Shown in pieces: positions 28,047-36,561 of a DNA stretch of 64,000 nucleotides. Positions within the stretch are counted from its first letter, which is position 1; each line of letters opens with the position of its first letter. The DNA lies in assembly GCA_963805625.1 (NCBI GenBank), contig CAWDVE010000013.1, positions 32,001 to 96,000 of the forward strand, read 5' to 3'. The notes beneath the pieces are model-generated. The model worked only from the letters and a program-made list of their open reading frames with translations, did not search any database and was not told the DNA's origin. Origin of the DNA: an uncultured Candidatus Rokubacteria bacterium (GTDB taxonomy: Bacteria; Methylomirabilota; Methylomirabilia; Rokubacteriales; DASRDR01). Position numbers and translations under genes: made by a program.

Positions 28047-29239
28047 GCGGGTCGCGCGCGCCCGCGGTCCATCCGGCGGCGCCGCTACCGTGGAGCATGC
28101 TCGCGACGCTCTCGGTGGTGACGTTCCTCGTCACGGGGTCGGCGGTCGCCCTCGCTCCGTTCCTCCTCGACATCGCCCGCGACCTCGGCGCGACCCTGGC
28201 GGCCGTGGCCAACCTGGTCGCCGTGATGAGCGTCAGCTGGGGCGTGGTGTCGGTCACGGCCGGGGCGGCCTCCGACCGGATCGGCCGGCGGCCGGTGCTC
28301 TTCGCCGCCGTGCTCACGCTCGGTGCGGCCCGGCTCGGCCTCGCCCTCTCACACGGCTACGGCGCCGCCGTGATGTGGCAGCTTCTCGCCGGAGTCGGCG
28401 GCGGAGGCTTCATGGGAACGGTGTTCGCGACCGTCTCCGACCATGTGGCCCCCGCCCAGCGAGGCCGCGCCCTCGGCTGGGTCATCACCGGGCAATCGCT
28501 CTCGCTCGTGGTCGGCGTGCCCCTCGTCACACTCCTCGGCGCCTTCGGGGGCTGGCGCGTGGCGATCGCCGCACACGCGGGTACGGCGCTCATCGCGGCG
28601 GCCGCCGTCTGGCTCTCCGTGCCAGGCGGGCCCAGTGTTCCGGCGGCACTGGACCGCTCCCGCGGACAACTGCGCGACGTAGTCGGCACCCGGATCTTCG
28701 CGCTCCTGCTGGCGAACACCATGGAGCGCACGTGCTTCGCGGCGATGGCCGTCTACCTGGCGACGTTCCTTCTCATGACCTACGGAGTCGGGATGCAGGC
28801 GCTCGCTCTCGCCCTCGCCCTGGTGGCCCTGGGAAATCTCGCGGGCAACCTCCTCGGCGGCTGGCTCGCCGATCGCGTGGTGGCGCGGCCGCTCGTGTTC
28901 ACCGTGACCTCGACCGTGACCGGCGCTCTCGGGCTGCCCCTGATGCTGTGGCACCCCGGCGTGACGCTCTCCGTGGCGCTCGGGTTCGCCTACTCGCTGG
29001 CGAACGCGGCCGGGCGGCCTGCTCTCATGGCCACGCTCTCCGAGGTACCGGCCGACGTCCGCGGGGCGATTCTCGGCCTCAACGTCACGATGTCGAGCGT
29101 CGGCTGGCTCGGGGCCGCGGCGCTCGGAGGCTGGCTCGTGGGCAGTCACGGCTTCGAGAGCCTCGGCGTGCTGACGGCCGCGGCCGCCGGCGCGGGCGCG
29201 CTCCTCGCGGTGACTGCCTGGCGCGCGCGGCGCACGTAG
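28043..29239 (+). CDS. MFS transporter
   Basis: GAASDRIGRRPV motif A, ~12 TM, GGWLADRV. Confidence 0.92.
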   Translation: MSGSRAPAVHPAAPLPWSMLATLSVVTFLVTGSAVALAPFLLDIARDLGATLAAVANLVAVMSVSWGVVSVTAGAASDRIGRRPVLFAAVLTLGAARLGLALSHGYGAAVMWQLLAGVGGGGFMGTVFATVSDHVAPAQRGRALGWVITGQSLSLVVGVPLVTLLGAFGGWRVAIAAHAGTALIAAAAVWLSVPGGPSVPAALDRSRGQLRDVVGTRIFALLLANTMERTCFAAMAVYLATFLLMTYGVGMQALALALALVALGNLAGNLLGGWLADRVVARPLVFTVTSTVTGALGLPLMLWHPGVTLSVALGFAYSLANAAGRPALMATLSEVPADVRGAILGLNVTMSSVGWLGAAALGGWLVGSHGFESLGVLTAAAAGAGALLAVTAWRARRT

Positions 29240-29257
29240 CGGGTGGAGGCGCGCCGC

Positions 29258-29725
29258 TCAGGCTCCCTTGCCCGGGGGGGCCCCCGCTGCCTCCCACGCC
29301 GTGATCTCCTCCTGCGCGATGCGAAGCGCCTTCAGCGCGACCGGCATCCCGCCGTAGAAGGCCATCTGCATCAGGATCTCCTTGATCTCCGCAGGCGTGA
29401 CGCCAACGTGGAGCGCCCCCTGGAGGTGGCGGCGAAGGTAGTCGTCCCGGCCGAGCACGGTGAGCGCCGCGACCGTCAGCATGCTCCGCGTCTTGAGGTC
29501 GAGCCCCGGCCGCGTGTACACGCGGCCGAACACGAGCTCGTCGGAGAGCCGCAGGAGGTCATCCGCCAGACTCCCGTGGGAGACCGGGCGTTCCTTCCCC
29601 GCCCCGAACAGCCGGCGCTTCACCTCGAGGCCCTGCCGGTAGGCGTCGTCCGTCACCGGGCTAGCCTCGGCCACGCTGGGGGCCACGCTGGGATTGATCG
29701 GACGGCCTTCGCCCTGTGCGGTCAT
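29258..29725 (-). CDS. carboxymuconolactone decarboxylase family protein
   Basis: FGRVYTRPGLDLKTRSMLTVAAL, EIKEILMQMAFYGGMP. Confidence 0.88.
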   Translation of the reverse strand: MTAQGEGRPINPSVAPSVAEASPVTDDAYRQGLEVKRRLFGAGKERPVSHGSLADDLLRLSDELVFGRVYTRPGLDLKTRSMLTVAALTVLGRDDYLRRHLQGALHVGVTPAEIKEILMQMAFYGGMPVALKALRIAQEEITAWEAAGAPPGKGA

Positions 29726-29816
29726 TCTGTCCTCCTTGCACCGCGCTCGTCTCGGGGACACTGCCTCGGGTGGGGTCCCCACCGCTCGGCCCGGCCGCTC
29801 TCGTCGAAGGCCACGC

Positions 29817-30833
29817 TCAGGCGCGCGCCGCGAGGCCGAGCCGCACGAGCGCCTCGGCGAGAATCTCCGCCAGCAGGTCGTCGAGCGGTCGCCCGAGCAC
29901 CTCGGCGAGGATGCCGAAGGAGCCGTCGGGCGCGAACGTCGGGAGCGGGTTCATCTCGAGGAAGTGGGGCCGGCCACCGCGGTCGAGGCGGAAGTCGGCG
30001 CGGGCGAAGTCTCGGCACTCGAGCGCCTCGAACGCCCGCCGGGCCAGTGCCACCAACTCGGCCTCGAGCGCCGTGTCGAGCGCGCCGGGCGTGACGTGAC
30101 GCCAGCCCCCCGGCGGCGGCGGGTGCCGCTCAAGGGCGTGGGCCCCGATGCCGGTCGAGACCTCGAGCGCCCGCTGGAGCGTGGGCAAGGCCCGGGGCGG
30201 CCGGTGGCCCACCAGCGTGACCGTGTACTCGGGTCCCTCGAGGAACGCCTCGACGAGGGCAGGCTGGGCGTAGGTCGTGACGACGCGGGCGACCTCGCGC
30301 ACGAGGGCGTCACGGTTCTCCACCCGTGAGCTCGGGCCGATGCCCTTGGCGGTTCCTTCCCAGCGCGGCTTGACGAAGAGCGGGAACGGCGCCGGTAAGC
30401 GTGAGTCCGCCGCTGCCTCCGGCGAGGCCAGGCTCGCGTGCGCCGGCACCGGCACGCCCACCGCCGCGACGACGCGATGCGCCCAGAGCTTATCGAGGGT
30501 CGTCGATAGGGTCAGGGCGTCGGATCCGAGAGCCGGGACGCCCGCCATCTCGCAGAGGGTCGGCACCCACGCCTCGCGATTCCTAGGACCGTAGCCCTCG
30601 GCGATGGTGAGGACCGCGTCGAGGCGCGGCAGCCGTTCCTGCCCGGCCGCCCGGAGGACGGCGTGCGGGTTGCCGAGACGCAGCGGCTCGTGCCCCAGGC
30701 GGCGGAGGGCCGCCTCCAGCACGAGGACGGTTGCCTCCGGCTCGTACTCCACCTCGGCGTCGGGCGGGTCACCCGGACGCAAGGGGTAGCTGCCGAAGAG
30801 ATCGTAGGCCAGGCCGATCCGCAGCGCCGGCAC
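29817..30833 (-). CDS. D-Ala-D-Ala ligase-like ATP-grasp enzyme
   Basis: IGLAYD, AEGYGPRNREA, LDK, FVKP.WEGTAKGI, RADFR, FLEMNPLP. Confidence 0.85.
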   Translation of the reverse strand: MPALRIGLAYDLFGSYPLRPGDPPDAEVEYEPEATVLVLEAALRRLGHEPLRLGNPHAVLRAAGQERLPRLDAVLTIAEGYGPRNREAWVPTLCEMAGVPALGSDALTLSTTLDKLWAHRVVAAVGVPVPAHASLASPEAAADSRLPAPFPLFVKPRWEGTAKGIGPSSRVENRDALVREVARVVTTYAQPALVEAFLEGPEYTVTLVGHRPPRALPTLQRALEVSTGIGAHALERHPPPPGGWRHVTPGALDTALEAELVALARRAFEALECRDFARADFRLDRGGRPHFLEMNPLPTFAPDGSFGILAEVLGRPLDDLLAEILAEALVRLGLAARA

Positions 30834-30885
30834 GGACGGTACGATACGGGACCCCCCGGCGGCCCGCAAACCGCCGGGGACCGGC

Positions 30886-32229
30886 TTACGCCTCGGGGAG
30901 ACCATCCTCCACGCGCGCGAAGCCCCAGAAGACGGGCTCGGGATGAAGACGTACCCCGAAGCGGGCCAGGACGCCGTCGCGCACGCAGCGCGCGACCCGC
31001 ACGACGTCCGCCGCGCGCGCGCCCTCGCGAGCCACGATCGCCAGCGTGTGGCGCGTCGAGATCCCCGCGGCGCCGTCCGCGTGGCCGCGCGCGAAGCCGG
31101 CTCGCTCGACGAGCCACGCGGCGGCGAGCTTCACCCGCCCCCCTCCCGGCTCGGGCCACCGCGGCATGCTGGGGTCCCCCGCGACGGACGCGATGCGCTC
31201 GGCCTCCGCCGCCGGAACCACCGGGTTCACGAAGAAGGAGCCGCAGCTTCGCCGGTTCGGGTCCGCAGAATCGAGGACCATCGATTTCTCACGGCGCACG
31301 GCGACCACGCTCTCCCGCACGTCCATCAGCGCCGGCGTCGCGATCCCGCGAGCGGCCAGGTGCCGCTCGAGCTCCGCGTAGCGGACCGACGGCGCCCCGC
31401 CCGGGCGGAGCCGGTAGGTCACGCCGAGGATGACGTGACGGTCGGGCGTGCGGCTCTTGAACGCGCTGTCGCGGTAGCCGAACCCGCACGCCGCCGGCGG
31501 GAGCGTCACGACGGTGCGGGTGGCGCGGTCCAGCGCGCGCACGGCCGCAACGGTGTCGCTCACCTCCTGCCCGTAGGCCCCGACGTTCTGGATGGGCGTC
31601 GCGCCGACGAGGCCGGGAATGCCGCTCAGGCACTCGAGGCCAGCCCACCCCCGCTCGACGGCGAACCGGACGACGTCGTCCCACGGCTCCCCGGCCGCCG
31701 CCGTGAGCTCGACCGCGGACCCTGCCTCTCGCACGGCGAGACCCCGGAGGGCGACGCGGAGCACGAGGGCGTCGACGCCTGCGTCGGCGACGACCAGGTT
31801 GGAGCCGCCGCCGAGGACGCGGAGCGGGAACCCGCGCCCCTCCGCCCAGCGGAGCGCCGCGAGGACCGTGGGCTCGTCGTGCGCCTCGACGTACCAGCGC
31901 GCCGGCCCGCCGACGCCCATCGTGGTGAGCGGGGCGAGCGGCATGCCCTCGCGCGGCCGGACCCGAGCGTCCCGTGCCCCCTCGACCCGGTCCCGAGCCT
32001 CGGGCGTCACGTAGACGTCGTCGAGATCCAGCTCCGACAGCGCCGACGCCAGCGCGTTGACTCGATCCCCGAGCGGAGCTCGCGCGTCCAGGAGTATGAA
32101 TTCGCGACCCTCGACGAGGCAGCGGCCTCCGCCGCGCGCGGGCGGCGTCTCGAACGGCTCGATCCGGACCTCGACGCCGAGGCGTGTCGCGACACGCACC
32201 AGCTCGTCGAGGAGGTCCCGGTCATCCAC
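30886..32229 (-). CDS. murB: UDP-N-acetylmuramate dehydrogenase with extra N-terminal domain
   Basis: TTMGVGGPA, LGGGSN, GIPGLVGATPIQNVGAYG, GYRDSAFK, GSFFVNP. Confidence 0.9.
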   Translation of the reverse strand: MDDRDLLDELVRVATRLGVEVRIEPFETPPARGGGRCLVEGREFILLDARAPLGDRVNALASALSELDLDDVYVTPEARDRVEGARDARVRPREGMPLAPLTTMGVGGPARWYVEAHDEPTVLAALRWAEGRGFPLRVLGGGSNLVVADAGVDALVLRVALRGLAVREAGSAVELTAAAGEPWDDVVRFAVERGWAGLECLSGIPGLVGATPIQNVGAYGQEVSDTVAAVRALDRATRTVVTLPPAACGFGYRDSAFKSRTPDRHVILGVTYRLRPGGAPSVRYAELERHLAARGIATPALMDVRESVVAVRREKSMVLDSADPNRRSCGSFFVNPVVPAAEAERIASVAGDPSMPRWPEPGGGRVKLAAAWLVERAGFARGHADGAAGISTRHTLAIVAREGARAADVVRVARCVRDGVLARFGVRLHPEPVFWGFARVEDGLPEA

Positions 32230-32329
32230 AGTCGCCCTCTCGCGGCGCCGCACGGCGCGCGGTAGCGTCCCTAATCTGGCGGAAGATGCAGGAGCGCCCC
32301 TCGCCGAACGGAGCGCGCAGTGAGGTCGG

Positions 32330-32532
32330 TCATTCGATGATCTGATCCACCCGCGCCAGCATCGAGGGCGGGATCGTCGGCCCGAGGGCCTTGGCGGTCT
32401 TCATGTTGACGTCGAGCTCGAAGGTGGTGGGTTGCTCCGGTACACCTTCCCCGCCTGCTGCGCCTCAGCGGCGAGCGGCGCGGCGATGAGGCCGAGCAGC
32501 AGAATGACCATGAGGAGTCGCGGAGCCGCCAT
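32330..32532 (-). pseudogene. internally deleted ABC substrate-binding protein (ABC_sub_bind family)
   Basis: MAAPRLL...[15 protein letters not shown] joined out of frame to [35 protein letters not shown]. Confidence 0.85.
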
Positions 32533-32740
32533 GTGAGCCCCCCGGTCGCGATCGAGATGACATCAGCATAGCTCGGCGCTTTCCTCCCCGGAAGGACGCC
32601 GTATCAAGCCACCCAAGGTGCCATCGAGCACCCGGGAACGCGCCATCGGACATGGAACCCTCGATCCCCTCAAGGCCGGAGGAAGGGTTACATGGTGAGC
32701 GGTGGGCCAACCCGGATCCGGCAATGCCGATCAGCAGACG

Positions 32741-33553
32741 TCAGTCGAGGGAGACGACCCCCTCGGCCGCGGCCGCCTCCCACGCGAGCCGGGGGATCTG
32801 GGTCGCGAGCTTCCCGCCGCTCACGTCGATCATGGTCCCCGTGATGTAGCCGGCCAGGTCGGAGGCCAGGAAACAGATGAGATTCGCCACTTCCCGCGTC
32901 TCCCCCCACCGCCGGAACGTCAGGGTGTCGAGGAGCCGGCGCTGGCGCTCGGCAGGCAGCTCCCTGAACCGGTTGATCTCAGTCGGGATCATCCCGGGGG
33001 CATAGCAGTTCACCGTGACGTTCCAGGGGCCGAGCTCTCCCGCGAGCGCGCGGGTGAAGTAGTGCACCCCCGCCTTCGACGCCGCGTACGCCGCGCTGCC
33101 CGTGATCGGGAGGATCGCCGCGAAGGACGCCGCGTTGATGATCCGGCCGGAGCGCTGCCGCTTCATCACCGGCATCACCGCCTGGCACATCAGGAACGTG
33201 CCCTTCAGGTTCACGTCGAGATTGAGGTCCCACGCCTCCTCGGACAGGGTCTCGACCGGGCCGCCCGGCGCGACGCCGGCGTTGTTCACGAGCACGTCGA
33301 TCCGGCCAAGCGTCCGTGCGACGTCGTCCACCACCGCGCGCGTCCGCGCGGCGTCCCGGACGTCACAGATGTACTGGCGGCCGGTCCAGCCCTGACGCCC
33401 GAACTCGGAGGCCACGTTGTCGAGGAGGTCCTGGCGGATGTCCGTGACCACGGTGGCCGCCCCTTCACGCGCGAGCGTCTCCGCGATCTCGCGGCCGATG
33501 CCACGGCCGGCGCCGGTGACGATCGCGACCTTGCTCCTGAGAACGATCTCCAT
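32741..33553 (-). CDS. SDR family oxidoreductase
   Basis: TGAGRGIG, NNAG, YAASK. Confidence 0.92.
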   Translation of the reverse strand: MEIVLRSKVAIVTGAGRGIGREIAETLAREGAATVVTDIRQDLLDNVASEFGRQGWTGRQYICDVRDAARTRAVVDDVARTLGRIDVLVNNAGVAPGGPVETLSEEAWDLNLDVNLKGTFLMCQAVMPVMKRQRSGRIINAASFAAILPITGSAAYAASKAGVHYFTRALAGELGPWNVTVNCYAPGMIPTEINRFRELPAERQRRLLDTLTFRRWGETREVANLICFLASDLAGYITGTMIDVSGGKLATQIPRLAWEAAAAEGVVSLD

Positions 33554-34192
33554 CTAAGGATCCTCCATCGGTTCGAGGCGAAGCTTCGAGTAGGTCCGTG
33601 ACTCGGTCACCACGAGGTCGACCCGGCGATCCGTGGCGAGGACCGGCACCGCCGGCACGACCTGGAGCTCGAACGCCGCCGCCACGAGCGGCGGTAGGGG
33701 CTCCGGCCACGAGCCCAGGAGCCGGTCGTAGTATCCGGCTCCATAGCCGATTCGGCCGCCGTCCGGATCGAAGACGAGGCCGGGCACGAGGACGAAGTCG
33801 ATCTCGGCGGGCGCTACCAGGCGGCAGCGCGCCGGAGCGGGCTCGGGAATGCCCCACGTCCCGGGCCGTAGCTCCGTGTCGAGGCCCCGAACCTCGTGGA
33901 GCACCAGGAGCCTGGCCTCGCGATCCACGCGCGGCAGGACGAGCGTCCGGCCGCTGGCCAGCACCTGTTGAAGGAAAGGCCGCGTGTGCACCTCGCTACC
34001 GAACGAGGCGTAGCCGAGGATCGTCCGGGCCCGCCGGAAGGCGTCCAACACCCGCGTCCGCTCGAGCGCCGCCGCGGACAGCCGCGCCCGCGCAGAAGGT
34101 TGGAGCGCGTCGCGGCGCGCCAGGATCTCCCGGCGCAGCGCGGCCTTGGCCGCGGCATGATGAGGATCGAGCTCAGGCTTGGCGTCGACCAC
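33554..34192 (-). CDS. ygfA: 5-formyltetrahydrofolate cyclo-ligase
   Basis: KAALR, WGIPEP, VLVPGLVFD..GGRIGYGAGYYDR. Confidence 0.93.
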   Translation of the reverse strand: MVDAKPELDPHHAAAKAALRREILARRDALQPSARARLSAAALERTRVLDAFRRARTILGYASFGSEVHTRPFLQQVLASGRTLVLPRVDREARLLVLHEVRGLDTELRPGTWGIPEPAPARCRLVAPAEIDFVLVPGLVFDPDGGRIGYGAGYYDRLLGSWPEPLPPLVAAAFELQVVPAVPVLATDRRVDLVVTESRTYSKLRLEPMEDP

Positions 34193-34249
34193 GGGCGCAA
34201 GCGTACGCCACCCTCGCGCGCGGTGCCATCGGCCGCGCGGGGGGGGCGG

Positions 34250-34951
34250 TCAGGATCGGGCTATCGTGATCCAGGTCGCACGTGCCACCGCGCGCGGCGT
34301 GCCGTCCTCGCCAAGGATTGCCACGGCCGCCAAGCGCTTTCGGCCCTCGCCGCCAAGCGCCCAGCCCATGACGACGCAAGGCTCTCCCACTCGAACGGGA
34401 CCTATGAGACGCGCGGCTAGCTCGCCTAGGAGCATCGGCATCGCCCGGGTCACGACGATGGACGCCCACCCGCTCGGGCAGTCGAGCGCGGCCCACAGGA
34501 ACACCGGCCGGACATCGTCACGGCCGTCGGCGAGTGAGGCATCGGGAATCCACGGCGCCGCCACCAGATCGCGACCCGGCACCGGCCCCGGGAAGATCCG
34601 CAGGCCATCCCCGGCCGCCCGCGCCGGCCCACACGCAAAGCAGCCCGGGAAGACATGTTCGCGAAACCCAGGGTACTCGCGCGATGCGAGCTCCGCCTCG
34701 TCGAAGCCGACGGCAGCCGGTAGGACGACATCGACGGCGGTCGGCACGCCGGTCGCCACGACCGCCCCGCCATCGAGGAGGCTCACGCCGTCACCCCCCC
34801 GGCGAACCGCGAGCCCGCGACCGAGCGGAGGTGGTCGGTGGAGCCGCACGCGCGCCGACCCATCAAGCAGGCCGGCGACCAAGCCGCAGACATATCCCCC
34901 GTGGCCGGAGTCCGGCGGGCCGTTGAAGCGCGGGGCGATTGTCAGCTCCAC
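34250..34951 (-). CDS. double hotdog-fold (thioesterase-like) protein
   Basis: RFNGPPDSGHGGY, CFACG, WAALDCP, GRKR. Confidence 0.75.
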   Translation of the reverse strand: MELTIAPRFNGPPDSGHGGYVCGLVAGLLDGSARVRLHRPPPLGRGLAVRRGGDGVSLLDGGAVVATGVPTAVDVVLPAAVGFDEAELASREYPGFREHVFPGCFACGPARAAGDGLRIFPGPVPGRDLVAAPWIPDASLADGRDDVRPVFLWAALDCPSGWASIVVTRAMPMLLGELAARLIGPVRVGEPCVVMGWALGGEGRKRLAAVAILGEDGTPRAVARATWITIARS

Positions 34952-35431
34952 GATTCCAGTGGACCCGATGAGCTATGGGGCGCGCAACCCTGGACACCCC
35001 GCAGGAGACGCAACGCTCGCAAGTCCTGCGGGACGTCCAGGAAGCGATGGCAAATCTCTCCCTACGGTCCGAGCTCGAATCGCTTGCCGAAGTCGGCCTT
35101 GTCGGAATGGGGCAGCAGAGGCACCCCGGCGGGTCTCGTGACCTCCAGGGACAGCAGCGTCCCACCGGTTTCCAGGCTCACGTGGCGCGCACCGGCGCCA
35201 CCTAGAGGCCGGAGTGAGGGCGAGAACGGTGCCATCGAGAGAGGACAGCGGAATCAGGAGTTTAGGAGCGACAGAGGTCGTTGCCGATGGTGGGCCTCCG
35301 CCGCTGGGTGGGGCAAGTCTCGGCGATCCGGGGGCCGGGGTTGGCGCTCGCACGGTTTGCGTGTACCGTTCATCGGCGGGCGCCAGTTGAGGGCGATGCC
35401 CTAGCCTCCCCCGACATCGAAGGACAGGCCG

Positions 35432-36526
35432 ATGAGCTCCGGACTCGAGGACCGCTTCCAGACGCTCCACGAAATCGTGCGCGCCGCCCGGCGCGAGCTG
35501 CCTCCGGGTCCCTGGGACTACCTGGTCGGCGGCACGGAGACCGAAACGACGCTCCGGCGGAACCGCCAGGCGCTCGACTCGATCGCCTTCCGCCCGCGAG
35601 TCCTCCGGGACGTGTCGGCGATCGACAGCACGGGGACGTGGTTCGGCGAGCCGGTGCGCCTCCCCGTCATGCTGGCCCCCATCGGCTCGATCGAGTCGTT
35701 CACACCAGGCGGTGCCGCCACGGCGGCGAAGGCCGCCGCGCGGTTCGGCGTCCCGCAGATGCTGAGCTCCGCGTGCAACCCGGGGCTCGAGGCTACGGCC
35801 AAGGCGGCTGACACCCTCCGCATCTTCCAGCTCTACGTCCGCGGCGACGACGCGCTGGTGGACGACTGGGTGCGCCGTGCGCGGGATCACGGTTACCGTG
35901 GCTTCTGCCTCACCGTGGACAGCGCCTACTACAGCCGCCGCGAACGCGACCTGGCTCGCCGGTTCGTGAAGCCGTGGCGGGCCTCGGCGACCGGCCTCGA
36001 GTACCAGCGGGGTCTGTCGTGGGATCAGGTCAAGCGCTTCAAGGACGCCCACCCGGATGTGCCGCTCGTCCTCAAGGGCATCGCCACCGGGGAGGATGCG
36101 GAGATCGCCTGCCGCCACGGGGTCGAGGTCGTGTACGTCTCGAACCACGGGGGCCGCCAGCTCGATCACGGCCGGGGAAGCCTCGCGGTCCTGCCTGAGG
36201 TGGTCCGGGCCGTCGGGGGCCGCGCGAAGGTGTGGGTCGACGGGGGCTGTGTTCGCGGCACGGACATCGTGAAGGCGATCGCGCTCGGCGCCGATGTCGT
36301 CGGGCTCGGGCGGATCGCCTGCATGGGGCTCGCCGCGGCCGGTGACGCGGGGCTCGTCCGCGTGCTGGAGCTGCTCGAGGAGGAGGTGCGGCTCTGCCTC
36401 GGGCTCCTGGGCGTGACGCGCTTCGAGGAGCTCGACCCGAGCTACCTCCACGCCGAGACGCCCGTCACCATGCCCTCGGTCGTGAGCGCCTTCCCGCTCC
36501 TCGACCTCGACGTCGACCGCTACTGA
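35432..36526 (+). CDS. FMN-dependent alpha-hydroxy acid oxidase/dehydrogenase
   Basis: FRPRVLRDV, FQLY, LTVD, LKGI, VSNHGGRQLD. Confidence 0.93.
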   Translation: MSSGLEDRFQTLHEIVRAARRELPPGPWDYLVGGTETETTLRRNRQALDSIAFRPRVLRDVSAIDSTGTWFGEPVRLPVMLAPIGSIESFTPGGAATAAKAAARFGVPQMLSSACNPGLEATAKAADTLRIFQLYVRGDDALVDDWVRRARDHGYRGFCLTVDSAYYSRRERDLARRFVKPWRASATGLEYQRGLSWDQVKRFKDAHPDVPLVLKGIATGEDAEIACRHGVEVVYVSNHGGRQLDHGRGSLAVLPEVVRAVGGRAKVWVDGGCVRGTDIVKAIALGADVVGLGRIACMGLAAAGDAGLVRVLELLEEEVRLCLGLLGVTRFEELDPSYLHAETPVTMPSVVSAFPLLDLDVDRY

Positions 36527-36561
36527 GGGGTGCCCCGGCGCACACCTGCCGGACGGAGGGC

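Noticed and set aside
34955-35430. 6S RNA (often upstream of ygfA)
   Set aside because: Not adjacent to ygfA, and I could not see a ~180-nt rod with a central bulge; an Rfam scan is needed to exclude it.
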